Shown here: positions 1 to 11,620 of the stretch, piece after piece
How positions within the stretch are numbered: the stretch's first letter is position 1
How the letters are laid out: each line of letters starts with the position of its first letter
Origin: Mytilus trossulus
Lineage: Eukaryota
Reading direction: 5' to 3'
DNA length: 64,000 bases
Assembly (NCBI RefSeq): GCF_036588685.1
Contig: NC_086375.1
Coordinates: 68,076,001 to 68,140,000 of the forward strand
Translations under genes and position numbers: made by a program
The notes under the pieces: generated by a model
Seen by the model: the letters and a program-made list of their open reading frames with translations, nothing else
What the model was told of the DNA's origin: nothing
Database searches by the model: none

Positions 1-598
1 ATAAAGATTCTGAATTGGTGAAGAAATAACAATACCTTGTTAATTTATCATAGCACAAATAGTTTGATGAGGCTCCTGATGGGGACAGGTACATACAGAA
101 TGTGGCAGGGTAAATTATGTTTGTTATTGCAAAACCCTCCTCTAACCTGGAGCAGTGGTATAATAGTTCTACATAAGAACCAACCATAAAAAAACAGTCA
201 GAAAGTGCTTAACTCATCAGATCTATTCAACGCACATAAAAACCCTATTAAAAACACAAGACACAGGGTACAGATCTTAGAGTACTTGTTGTTACCAAAA
301 GATAGTTTAAAGTCAATAACAAATTACATGCATAAAACATCATGTGTATAAGACTAAAATATCAATCAGTTAATATCCAACATCCATTGGATTTAGTGAA
401 GGAGATTAACAAAATCATTATTTTGAATTAAACTGATAAAAACAATATTCAATATTCTAATTACAGTATTATGTGATTGGTTTTGATATAACACAATCTT
501 TATTTACACTGATAAAAACTACATTCAAAGATCTAAGAACAGTGTTTAACAACTTGAATGAATGAATTTGCAGCAATGCATTTTTTTTCTTTTTTTAG

Positions 599-704
599 GG
601 ACCAGTGTTGTGTATGAGTAGACTAGAAGAAACAGTCAATGATGCAGATTTTATATTTGAATGTGTCATTGAAGATTTAAGCATCAAAAATGAACTAATG
701 GAAA
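599..704 (+). CDS. Gene 1 exon (Rossmann domain, DADFIFECVIEDLSIK motif)
   Basis: Polypyrimidine tract and AG at 597-598; GTATGT donor at 705; open frame. Confidence 0.88.
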
Positions 705-3700
705 GTATGTTACTATTAATGTTTTTCCTCCTATTTTATATAATATGATTAATGGAGATGTGCAGTAGACATCAATTTTAAATCAAAGAAAGTTTCAGAA
801 TGAAATAAAATCTAAGAGATATTATATACGTTTTTACAAGTTGTTGTTAAATAAACACAGACTTTTTTCAGACTCATCAACACTGAATTAAAAATATAGG
901 TAGACAAAAAATTACTGAAAGGTTCTTGACTTTGGGCGATCTACCGGTACTTGTGTATTAGTATTCAACCCTGTTTAGATAACTCAATCTATAGACAAAA
1001 AACAAATAATACAGTTAAATTACACATTGGAATTAAAAATCTATAGACAAAAAACAAATAATACAGTTAAATTACACATTGAAATTAAAAATCTATAGAC
1101 AAAAAACAAATAAAACAGTTAAATTACACATTGGAATTAAAAAATCTATAGACAAAAAACAAATAAAACAGTTAAATTACACATTGGAATTAAAAATCTA
1201 TAGACAAAAAACAAATAAAACAGTTAAATTACACATTGGAATTAAAAATTTATAGACAAAAAACAAATAAAACAGTTAAATTACACATTGGAATTTAAAA
1301 ATCTAAAATAGCATATGACTATAACAGAAGACCAAATAGCAAATAGATCTTTTAGTTAATAATATCATAATTAAATTTTGGATTCAACATACCTTCTGAT
1401 TAACTGAATGTTTTTTGTCAATAAGCTCATGGGCATAATTTTGTCGTGTTACTATTATGCCTTCAGCGTTTTTTTTCTTCATGATTTACTCCTTAAAAAA
1501 ATGAAATCTAGAATTAAATGATTTAAAATGAACTATGTCTATAAAACATTCATTGATTTTTTTTTCAGGAATAACTTACTCCTGCAAACCAGAGTCAATA
1601 ATATGCACAAATTCACTGAGACTTAAAGTTGATGATGTTTTCTGTAAAGTTCAAGGCAAAGAGGTATAGAAATATGCTGTATTAATTGTTTGTAGATCTC
1701 CTAATACATGTTTTGATGCCATTCTGATATTTTATACGGTATAGAAATATATTAAAAAAAAAAATAATATTGGATTTATTTTTTTCATTTTGATTATTGA
1801 TGATCAACTATGATCCACCACACATTTGATGGGGTGGATTTTCTAACTTGACAGTTTCTTAAAATGTTTGAATTATAGATATTGCATTTTCATTTCAAAT
1901 AAGAAATGTTAAAAAATCACTTCAGCTTTTGAATTCAACCTGGTATCAAAATATTACTTCTAAAGTGATATTTTTGAATGTTTACAGAGATGTATTGGAT
2001 TAAGGTTCCTGTATCCAGTTTTTACTTCTTCTAAAGTGATATTTTTGAATGTTTACAGAGATGTATTGGATTAAGGTTCCTGTATCCAGTTTTTACTTCT
2101 TCTAAAGTGATGTTTTTGAATGTTTACAGAGATGTATTGGATTAAGGTTCCTGTATCCAGTATTTACTTCTTCTAAAGTTATATTTTTGAATGTTTACAG
2201 AGATGTATTGGATTAAGGTTCCTGTATCCAGTATTTACTTCTTTTAAAGTGATATTTTTGAATGTTTACAGAGATGTATTGGATTAAGGTTCCTGTATCC
2301 AGTATTTACTTCTTCTAAAGTGATATTTTTGAATGTTTACAGAGATGTATTGGATTAAGGTTCCTGTATCCAGTATTTACCATACCAGAAGTAGAACTTA
2401 CTCCCTGTCAACATACCTCTCAAAGAAATGTAACCAAAGGTAGTAAATTAACAGGTCATTTGTTGAGCAATGAATTAAGAAAAATGTATTTTAGGCTCCA
2501 ACAGCACCAATTGGTGATTTTATGGTAGCAAATTAAGTTTACAACAGACTTGTTAGCTAATCACCATTCTAAAAAAACTAACAGGGATCAATGTCAAATC
2601 ATACATAAAAAATATGTCACACATCATCTGCGCTTGAACTTAACTTTTCATAGCATCAACTGTTCCTTACTAAATCCACCGTCATAGGGAATAGATTATA
2701 AAATAAAGTTTACATGTTTAACCCCGCTGCAATTTTGTGCCTGTCCCAAGTCAGGAGCCACTGGCCTTTGTTAGTCTTGTGATTTTTAATTTTAGTTTCT
2801 TGGGTATAATTGGGAGTTTAGAATGACGTCCATTGTCACTGAACTAGAACTAGTATACATATTTATTAAGGGGCCATTTGAAGGACACCTCCGGGTGAGG
2901 GAGTGGAGTTTCTCGCTACATTGAAGACTCATTGGTGGCCTTCGGCTGTTGTCTGCTCTACGGTCGGGTTGTTTTCGCTTTGACACATTCCCCATTTACA
3001 TTCTCAATTTTATTATGCATTTCAAATAACAAATTTGATAAATTGTAGTGATTCAGATATATAATGTATAGGTATTTTGCAGAATTATTTATTTTTGCTG
3101 TAAAACAATTGGTTGGTTTTTTTTTTTATAGTAAGAGAAATGTTGGAAAAGATGGGTAAAGTACTATTCTTCAGATCTGGGACACAACCTTTGATTTTAT
3201 CTGACCTGCAGAGAGAAGAAAGAAAGAAAGGTATATCATCACTAACCATGCTAAATATTTAAGATGAACTAACGTTATCGTTCAATATTTCATTCAAGCC
3301 TGTTTCTAAAAAATAAAACCATTTATTGAATTACTTTGGTTATTATACAAATGAATTCAGTAGGTTCAGTAAGACCCCTTTTTGGCCCCAAAATATAGCA
3401 GTTTTACAAAATTGATAAAATGTAAACTTTGAGTTATTCATTGCACAGTAGAATGCTTCTGCTACATAAATATGGGCTGTTTTTGATAATACAATGCACA
3501 TATACCCTGTACTAGCACCATTAAGTCATTCTAAATTACTGAAATCTTCACAATTCTAGCATTTTAGTTAAATTTTAGACAGTTTTAGTGTAAAACGAAA
3601 GTGGCCGCATTTGTGTTCATCCCTAATATTGAAATGTAAGTTGTATTTGACGATAATACATAACATATATAAAGGTTGAGGATGAACACGGATGCAACCA

Positions 3701-5414
3701 CTTCCATTTTTTCAAAAAAACATCTGAAAAGTGACATTTTTCGGCATATTTGGTAGATTTTTCATATTTGTGCTTGAATTGGATCGTTTGTAATGACTAA
3801 ATCAGTTAAAATCTTTCACATTAACTAATTAATTCAAATTAAATAGACACTTTAGTGTTTAAAAAGTGGTCAAAATCTTTCGTCAGATGAACCTGAAATT
3901 AGAGGCCAAAATCGGTCCTTACCGGACCTACTCCTTTGGCATTAAATATTTATCTGCAGTCCGCATACACAAATAATTGTTGGAGCATTACTCAACTATC
4001 CTTTTTCATGGAAAGTATCATTTTGAAATGTGATTACTTGATGTAGCAATGCTCAATTCCTTCTTTTCCCAAGAAACACACCAAATAATTCAATTTTAGT
4101 AATTATTTATTTCAATTACGGGAACCTAGAACACTACCATACAAGAAGAATTACCATCTTTGACTGATAATAATAGAAATAATTCATGGAGGTTGAATTT
4201 ATTTAAGAATTGAATGCTTCTTTTTGTAAATTTATTGGGGTGTAAAAGCGTTGACCCAAGTACATTTTGTTTCGGCGCTTCATTTTAAAAATGTACGCAA
4301 GGTCAACGCTTATACAACCCTATAAAGTTACAAAAAGAAGCATTCAATACTTATAATTACATTTTTTAGCTAGGATCATGAAAACACGATCTTTATCAAG
4401 TTTTATTTAATTCACCTGTGCACTTTATTGTGGGACCTCGTGTCATCATGAATGATAAATTTTATTGTCTCATGCAATTGCTTACGGAATAACATGTGAT
4501 GTGCAGTTAGCCAATCAGAATAACGTATTATAATGAAACATACATCTAATGTAATTATTATGATTTATTATTCCAAATATTTTACCACAAGCAAAATGTG
4601 AAGCAATTTGTAACTTACAAAAATATATATGGTAAAACATGTACCAAATCAAAATTTAATGTTAAATAGTTTAATGAATAAAACCAATGAAAAATGTCTG
4701 AGTGAAGAATTATTTCTATTTCAGCTTGTTTAGAAAGAATATTAAACTCATCAGGTATGGGGTGTCTATATGAGAAAACCATTCCAAGTTTGACCTTGGA
4801 GCCAGGAGGTCATGGGGGCAGTGTTGTCACTGTCAAAGAAACCAAAAAAGGTAAATCAAGAATTACCAATAGTATTTTACAATTGAAATTTTTTTTTCAT
4901 GATTTTGTATTTAACAAAAAATAAATATTCAGACATGTTATTTCTAGTACGGTAAACTTGGGATTTCAGAATCAGATTTTTACAATATAATAATCTTGGT
5001 ATTTGGTCTTCTGAATACTTGAAATTTTTGTTATTTTAATGTGGGTCATGAATGGTTCCAACTAACTTTTTAATTGAAATGTTTAAATATTGCCATTTAC
5101 ATTTAAGTACTGCAGAATCTTAGTAAAGTATTGAACTGTTGTATATAGGAATGTAACCCATTGGCTGTATATATCAATTAAAGTAAGGCTACAACATGAG
5201 ACTTGCAAATTTAACAATCCAACTTAATCCTACTATTTTATGTTTTACAGAAGAATGTGCTATATGTATGGATAGATCAAGAAACAGTGTGATATGTCCA
5301 TGTCATCATTTAGTAGCTTGTTATGAGTGTACAAAGATGTTACTAAACAGAAAAGATGCCTGTCCTATCTGTAGAAAAGACATAACAGAAGTTATCAGAG
5401 TTTATCATTCCTAG
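599..5414 (+). CDS. 5'-partial spliced gene: 3-hydroxyacyl-CoA dehydrogenase-like NAD-binding domain fused to a C-terminal RING finger (putative E3 ligase); join(599..704,1569..1663,2343..2439,3132..3230,4725..4850,5251..5414), 228 aa in window
   Basis: All exons have AG/GT boundaries and compatible phases. Translation: GPVLCMSRLEETVNDADFIFECVIEDLSIKNELMER-ITYSCKPESIICTNSLRLKVDDVFCKVQGKE-RCIGLRFLYPVFTIPEVELTPCQHTSQRNVTK-VREMLEKMGKVLFFRSGTQPLILSDLQREERKK-ACLERILNSSGMGCLYEKTIPSLTLEPGGHGGSVVTVKETKK-EECAICMDRSRNSVICPCHHLVACYECTKMLLNRKDACPICRKDITEVIRVYHS*. It aligns by eye to the 3HCDH consensus DADLVIEAVxExLxxK...ILASNTSSL...R.IGxHFFNP....LVE....TS....GK. Confidence 0.88.
987..1305. repeat. About 51-52 bp intronic minisatellite, about 6 copies
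   Basis: Unit aatctatagacaaaaaacaaataa(t/a)acagttaaattacacattggaattaaa. Confidence 0.9.
1569..1663 (+). CDS. Gene 1 exon (IICTNSLRL, equivalent to ILASNTSSL)
   Basis: tttttcag acceptor; GAG|gtatag donor; phase 1 to 0. Confidence 0.88.
1954..2380. repeat. 71-bp tandem repeat (6 copies) spanning an intron-exon junction of gene 1
   Basis: tttacag|AGATGTATTGG recurs with exon-side starts at 1988, 2059, 2130, 2201, 2272 and 2343. Confidence 0.95.
2343..2439 (+). CDS. Gene 1 exon (IGLRFLYP, equivalent to IGxHFFNP)
   Basis: tttacag acceptor in the last copy of the 71-bp repeat; AAG|gtagta donor. Confidence 0.85.
2710..3013 (+). mobile_element. About 300-bp non-autonomous interspersed repeat; a partial, diverged copy lies at about 47735-47860
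   Basis: GC-richer island; the segment taggggcca(g/t)(c/t)tgaag...ttctc.ct..attgaaga...tttgacac is shared by the two loci. Confidence 0.65.
3132..3230 (+). CDS. Gene 1 exon (end of Rossmann domain, MGK motif, start of linker)
   Basis: Poly-T followed by tag acceptor; AAG|gtatat donor; phase 1 to 1. Confidence 0.85.
3359..3934. mobile_element. MITE with imperfect terminal inverted repeats (Kolobok-like)
   Basis: Left end agtaggttcagtaagacccctttttggcc; reverse complement of right end ggagtaggtccggtaaggaccgattttggcc. Confidence 0.7.
4203..4558. mobile_element. Non-autonomous element with a long internal hairpin (Crypton-like)
   Basis: About 50-bp inverted arms at 4206-4256 and 4301-4352. Confidence 0.6.
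4725..4850 (+). CDS. Gene 1 linker exon
   Basis: tttcag acceptor; AAG|gtaaat donor; phase 1 to 1; open frame. Confidence 0.8.
5251..5414 (+). CDS. Gene 1 terminal exon: C3HC4-type RING finger (IAP/MDM2-like)
   Basis: CAIC...PCHH..ACYEC...CPICR followed by VIRVYHS*; ttttacag acceptor at 5250. Confidence 0.93.
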
Positions 5415-6107
5415 CTAAATTTAAATGTTGTCTCTTGAAGATATGTATCTTTCCTCAACCATTTCGTTATATGGGCCCACATTATTTGTGAGAAGACAAA
5501 TAGTTTGTGTCCTGTTCATTTGTGTGTCTGACATTTTTCTAAAGTTTGCCACACAAAATGTCTCACATTTGATAAACTAGAAGCAATGGAATTAAACTTA
5601 AGAAAATGACTTCATTTTAGTTCTGCACTTCTTATTTTATTTACAATGACTTGAGAAAAACCTTACTGGTTCTCAATAGCAAATCTCATGCAATTCACAT
5701 TGGAATAGAATGAACCATGATAGAATTGCCTCAGAACATGTACAGTTGGATTTCATAGTTTTTTGTAGATTAAATGGTTTTAGGATTAACTTTCTGTTTA
5801 TGCCACCTGAACAGAGAGAATTAGGGAAACATATGAATTTATGTCAAAACAAACATTAGTTCACCAGAAAATGGCATTTATCTGTCTCACTTTGTGTTCA
5901 TAGGGTACAGGAAATGAATAAGCAGTTTTTTTTTTAAAATACCCTAAGAAAGAATATAAGTGTAACCTTAGTTATTGTTTTAAAGGTGTATATATGTTGA
6001 TTATTTTCAGAGGCATTAGCGGTTGTTGGTTGATGTGGTCTGTTGTACTGTTTCTATGATTATTTTGGTTAATTTGTTGTAAAGATCTGTTACCCTTTGT
6101 CTATGAA

Positions 6108-6266
6108 GTGCACCATACCCTTATCCAGAGGGGGGTTCGGACAATCTCCCCTTGAAATCAAATAAGCACTGTTAAATCAATAGTCTGTTCGAATTGTGAC
6201 TGTTAAAGTCGAGTTTGTGAGTCCCCCCCCCCCCCCCTTAGAAATTCCTGACTATGGGCCTGTGCA
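6108..6266. mobile_element. Small GC-rich MITE-like insert in the gene 1 3' region
   Basis: A G-run near the left end and a C-run near the right end, in an AT-rich context. Confidence 0.45.
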
Positions 6267-6788
6267 CAGTGTATTGTTTTGGTCAAATATATACAATCAT
6301 ATAGCTAAAGCAGGAACTGTACATGCATAATAGATAAATGGTGACACTTTTTTCAGTTGGTATTGTGGCTCATATGAAAATGCGATGTAATGTAGAAAAA
6401 GAATTTTTCAAAAATGAAAATTTTTAAAATGACATCTTGTAACTGTTATGTGGTATTTTATTTTATGTAACAATGTATTTTGTGTACAAAATTATCTTAC
6501 ACCAATAATTAAATACAAACTGAACTGATAAAAAAAAATGACACTTCTATAATGGCATAATATTTCATATTGAAAAAAGGAAACTGTAGTATAGTGAAGA
6601 GTATTATACTAATGTCTGTGATATAATTGTTTTAATGTCTGTGATAATATTGTTTTATATATACGCTTATATTGTTTTCTATGATTTTATAAAACAATTG
6701 ATAATCATGTTTGTTCAGCTATTATTCTTTGGTGATCTGGAATCCAGACTTCATGGTCAAATGTTTGACTTTTGGTACATTGTATTGC

Positions 6789-6794
6789 AATAAA
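6789..6794 (+). promoter_or_regulatory. Candidate polyadenylation signal for gene 1
   Basis: AATAAA about 1.4 kb after the stop, following AT-rich UTR-like sequence. Confidence 0.3.
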
Positions 6795-8147
6795 GCAAAT
6801 CATTTGAGAAAAAAAATCACTTTTACTATTACTTGTCAATTGGCTTGTTAACTTTAACAATTATCAAAAATCCCTTTGCAAGATTAAGATGTGATTACAA
6901 ACAGATATATATTTTATATTTGCAATTATGAAGGGGAACAAAAGTTATATATATTTTCTTCCTTCTGAATTATTAAATATTACGTCCCACCAATTAATCT
7001 GCCACACACTATTTCTTGAGATTAGCTCTCAGATTGTACTTCACACTATTAAATTCTGCAGTTATAAGGACAGTTATATTAGATATGTTAAAAATTTAAT
7101 TAGTCAGGTTCATATGTTTTTTAAGTATGTAGTGTAAAAATCAGGTATTTTAGATTAACATCGTTTGTACAATATAAATGTTTTATATACAGTTTTTAAA
7201 ACAAAAAACAATTAATTTTATTTTATTTTTTATTTCTTGTTGTTGTTTAGTAAATATATACTGTTGTTATTATAATTAAAAACTGATTTGAAAACAGTGT
7301 TTGATATTTTCTTCAACAGTAAATTTGACATTTTAGTTATCTTCAGGTAATAGAGGGGTTTATTCTAAGAATCTGGTTGATATTCAATAGGGTTCATTTG
7401 ACCTTCATCTCAGCTCTATTATTTAATCATAATTGAAAAATAAGCTGGTGAGACATACACTCTTGTTTTTAATTTCAAATTTTTTGTACTTCGATGATCC
7501 CATGCATGCGTTTTGTATCTAGTAGGAATAGATCACAGTGAAAATGACAAAGTATTTACATATGTTACAAAAGTAGTTCCAGCGATGTGGTATATTAAAG
7601 TTTGAACCAAGGGAAAAATTTCTAACAGACTAATCCTCAAGTCCTTTGTAGATATGCAAATCATGTAAAAACTCGAGTACAAACGTAGTATGGAACCTTT
7701 CAGTCCCTCATGGTCTAATTTTAACACATCAAGTTTTTAAAATTTTTGTAATGTTAAAAACTCATTTAAATAACCAAGTGGAGGTGAAGGTCACAGCAAA
7801 ATATCTTTTGTTTATTGTTTTATGTAATTTTGGCACATTGATATCTTTCATTCTGGGATATAACTTCCAATTTCCACTGTAGCAATGCAGCAATGAAATA
7901 ATAGTTTGTGTAAGCTGCATTCTGGACTATTGATTAATTTTTGTGGATCACATATAGATTATCTAAAAATCTGTGTCAATTATGCTGAAAACTATTAACA
8001 ACTATTGACCCATGCTATATTCTCCTCCTCTTTCTAGTCAGTTTAACCAATTAATTCATCTCAGCAGGAGATAGTGTAATGTAACACTGCATCAGAAATA
8101 TTTCTACGGACTGTTGAAATTGAAGGGTGAATTGTTATTGAATTAAA

Positions 8148-8996
8148 AAACAAGAGGCTAGCAAGAGCCTGTGTCGCTCACCTGTATTTACTGATTGCTT
8201 TGGAAATTATTTAAAATATGGTTAAAACATAATTAATAGTATTAGATATTTATAGATTATCGTTGATCATCTCAACGAGATTGATTTTCTCGCTTGAGCT
8301 GGTACAGCGAAAGTGAGAAAAGCAATCGAGTTAAGATGACCAATGATAATCTGTTTATCGCTATTTTACCTATGACAACGTTGTCAATTTCAATGTCAAT
8401 TTCGTTAGCAATGCACGTGCCTGCTTAGTTTCTAGCGATACTTTTTCCATCTCCGGCAAGAAGCATGATAGGAAAATTATCACAAAGAAAATCAAATGAA
8501 AAATGCGCAAAATAGCGATAAAAGATATTATTAGATACTGTAGGTAATGATATCTAAGATAATAACAAAAAAACTGCAAAATTTCTGTAAAAATTACTAA
8601 CCTCGGGACAGCAACCCCACTACAGGTTGTCGGATTCATCTGAAAATTTCAGGGCTAATATATCCTGACCTGATAAACAATTTTATCCTATGTCAGATTT
8701 GCTTTAAATGCTTTGGTTTCAGAGATATAAGCCCAAATCTACATTTTACCACTACATTCTATTTTTAGCCATGCTGGCCATCTTGGTTGGTTGGCCAGGT
8801 CACCAGACACATTTTTTAAACTAAATTAGTAAATACCCCAATGATGATTGTTGTCAAGTTTGGTTTAATTTGGCCCAGTATATTCAGAGGAGAAGATTTT
8901 TGTAAAAGTTAATGACAACTGACAACGATGGACTACGACGGATACCAAGTGATGAGAAAAGCTCACTTGACCTTTCATGTCAGGTGAGCTAAAAAA
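8148..8996 (+). mobile_element. Helentron-associated (HINE/DINE-like) non-autonomous element carrying an inserted hairpin element at about 8250-8525
   Basis: 5' aacaagagg...gctcacctg; 3' (gac)n-like microsatellite, hairpin agctcacttgac...gtcaggtgagct and A-run. Confidence 0.65.
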
Positions 8997-9276
8997 TAGT
9001 TCACAGGAAAAAAATCCTATTGTTATCTGTTTTTAGTCATTTCATAGATAAGGAGATGTGGTATGGTTGTTAATGAGAGAACTTTCCACCAGAGTAATTA
9101 AGTAGATAAGAGACACAGTATGACATTATACAATAAGAAAATCCATACTGTATATATAAAAAAGAAGATGTGGTATGATTGCCAATGAGACAACTGTCCA
9201 TGAGAGACCAAAATAACACAGACATTAACAACTATAGGTCACTGTACAGCCTTCAACAATGAGCAGAGCCAATACC

Positions 9277-10070
9277 CACGTCTGTCGTCGTCCAGCATTA
9301 ACTATTACAAAAATCTTTTCCTCTGAAACTACTGAGCCAAATTTAACCAAACTTAGCCACAATCATCATTGGGGTATTTAGTTTAAAAAAATGTGTCATG
9401 TGACTAAGTCCACCAACCAAGATGGCCGCCATGGCTAAAAATAGAACATAGGGGTAAAATGCAGTTTTTGGCTTATAACTCAAGAACCAAAGCATTAAGA
9501 GTAAATCTGACCGCGGGAGTAAAATTGCTTATCAGGTCAAGATGTATCTGCCCTGAAATTTTCAGATGAATCAGACAACCTGTTGTTTGGTTGCTGCCTC
9601 TGAATTGGTAATTTTAAGGAATTTTTACTGTTTTTGGTTATTATCTTGAATATTATAATAGATAGAGATAAAGTGTAAACAGCAATAATGTTCAGCAAAG
9701 TAAGATTTACATATAAGTCAAAATCACCAAAATGGTCAGTTGACCCCTATAGGAGTTATTGCCCTTTATAGTCAATTTTTAATCATTTTTTCGTAAATCT
9801 TGGTAATCTGTAACAAAAATCTTCTCCTCTGAAACTACTGGGCCAAATTTAACCAAACTTGGCCACAATCATCATTTGGGTATCTAGTTTAAAAAATATG
9901 TCAGGTGACCAAGCCAACCAACCAAGATGGCCACCATGGCTAAAAATAGAACATAGGGGTAAAATGCAGTTTTTGGCTTATAACTCAAAAACCAAAGCAT
10001 TTAGAGCAAATCTAACAGGGAGTAAAATTGTTAATCAGGTCAAGATGTATCTGCCTGAAATTTTCAGATG
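9277..10070 (-). mobile_element. Second copy of the same HINE-like family in opposite orientation, with an internal duplication of about 500 bp
   Basis: Reverse complement matches 8540-8940; the block aaaatctt..cctctgaaactactg...gaaattttcagatg occurs twice (about 9310 and 9815). Confidence 0.65.
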
Positions 10071-11620
10071 TATGACATAAGACATATCAACTTTTAAACT
10101 TATAAATGTTGAAGGCTGTACTTAAACCTATAATGGTTTACTTTTTAAATTGTTACTTGGATGGAGAGTTGTCTCATTGGCACTCACACCACTTCTTCCT
10201 ATATCTATGACATGACATATTGACCTCTAAATGTATGTCATAAGACATATTGACCTCCAGATGTATGACACATTGATAACTAGATGTTTGGCACATTGAC
10301 TTTTAGATATATGACATAAACCTTATTGAGCTCTAGATGTATGACATAAGATATATTGAGTTCTATATGTATGCCATATTGATATCTTAGTGTATGACAT
10401 AAGACATATTGACCTCTAGATGTAAGACACATTGATCTCTTGTTGTATGAAATAAAACATATTGAACTCCTGATTTCTGACAGACATATTGAGTTTAGAT
10501 GTATGACATATTAATATCTTGATGTATGACATACCATACATTGGTCTCTTGGTGTATGACATGAGACATATTGACCTCTAAATGAATGACATAAGACATA
10601 TTGATCTCTAGATATATGACAAAAGACAAATTGATGTACAAAATATCAAGTTCTAGATGTATGATAAAGGATATATTGAGTTCTAGGTATGAAATTTTTA
10701 TCTCTAGAATTATGACATATTATGTCATATTGACCTCTAAATGAATGACATATTGACCTCTTGCTGTATAACATATTGATCTCTAGATAAATGACCAGTC
10801 ACATTGACCATTAGATATATAACATATCGATCTCTTGATGTATAAAATACCAAATGTAATCCTTAAGATAAAAATCATAGATGTATGACATATTAATCTC
10901 TTGATGTATGACATACCATACATTGGTCTCTTGATGTATGACATGAGACATATTGACCTCTAAATGAATGACATAAGACATATTGACCTCTAGATGTATG
11001 ACAAAAGTCATATTGACCTTTAGATGAATGACATAAGTCATATTGACCTTGAGATGAATGACATAAGACATATTGACCTCTAGATGTATGACAAAAGTCA
11101 TATTGACCTTTAGATGAATGACATAAGTCATATTGACCTTGAGATGAATGACATAATAAGACGTATTGACCTCTAGATGTATGACATAAGTCATATTGAC
11201 CTTTAGATGAATGACTTAAGTCATATTGACCTTTAGATGAATGACATAATACATATTGGCCTCTTGATGTATGACATAAGACATATTGAACTTTAGACAA
11301 ATGTCATTAGACATATCAACCTCTAGATGTATGACATTAGACATATTGACCTCTAGATGAATGCGTAAGACAAATCGACATCTAGATGTATGACATGACA
11401 TATTGACCTCTAGATGTATGACATAGGACATATTGACCTCTACCTGTATGACATAAGACATAGTGACCTCTACATGTATGACATAAGACATTTTGACCTC
11501 TAGAAGTATGATATAAGCCATATTGATCTTTAAATGCATGACATAAGACATATTTACCACTAGATGTATGATATATGACAAATCGACCTCTAGATGTATG
11601 ACATAATACATATTAATCTT
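10067..11620. repeat. About 30-bp minisatellite (unit catattgacctctagatgtatgacataaga) with shorter variants
   Basis: Dozens of copies; explains the repetitive ORFs at 10811-11611. Confidence 0.93.

Noticed and set aside
5196-5250. Stand-alone 72-aa RING protein starting at ATG 5196
   Set aside because: The first 18 codons are intronic; a strong acceptor at 5250 joins the upstream exons in phase.
10811-11611. Three overlapping repetitive ORFs (127-135 aa)
   Set aside because: They are translations of the 30-bp minisatellite in different frames, with no splice context or domain.
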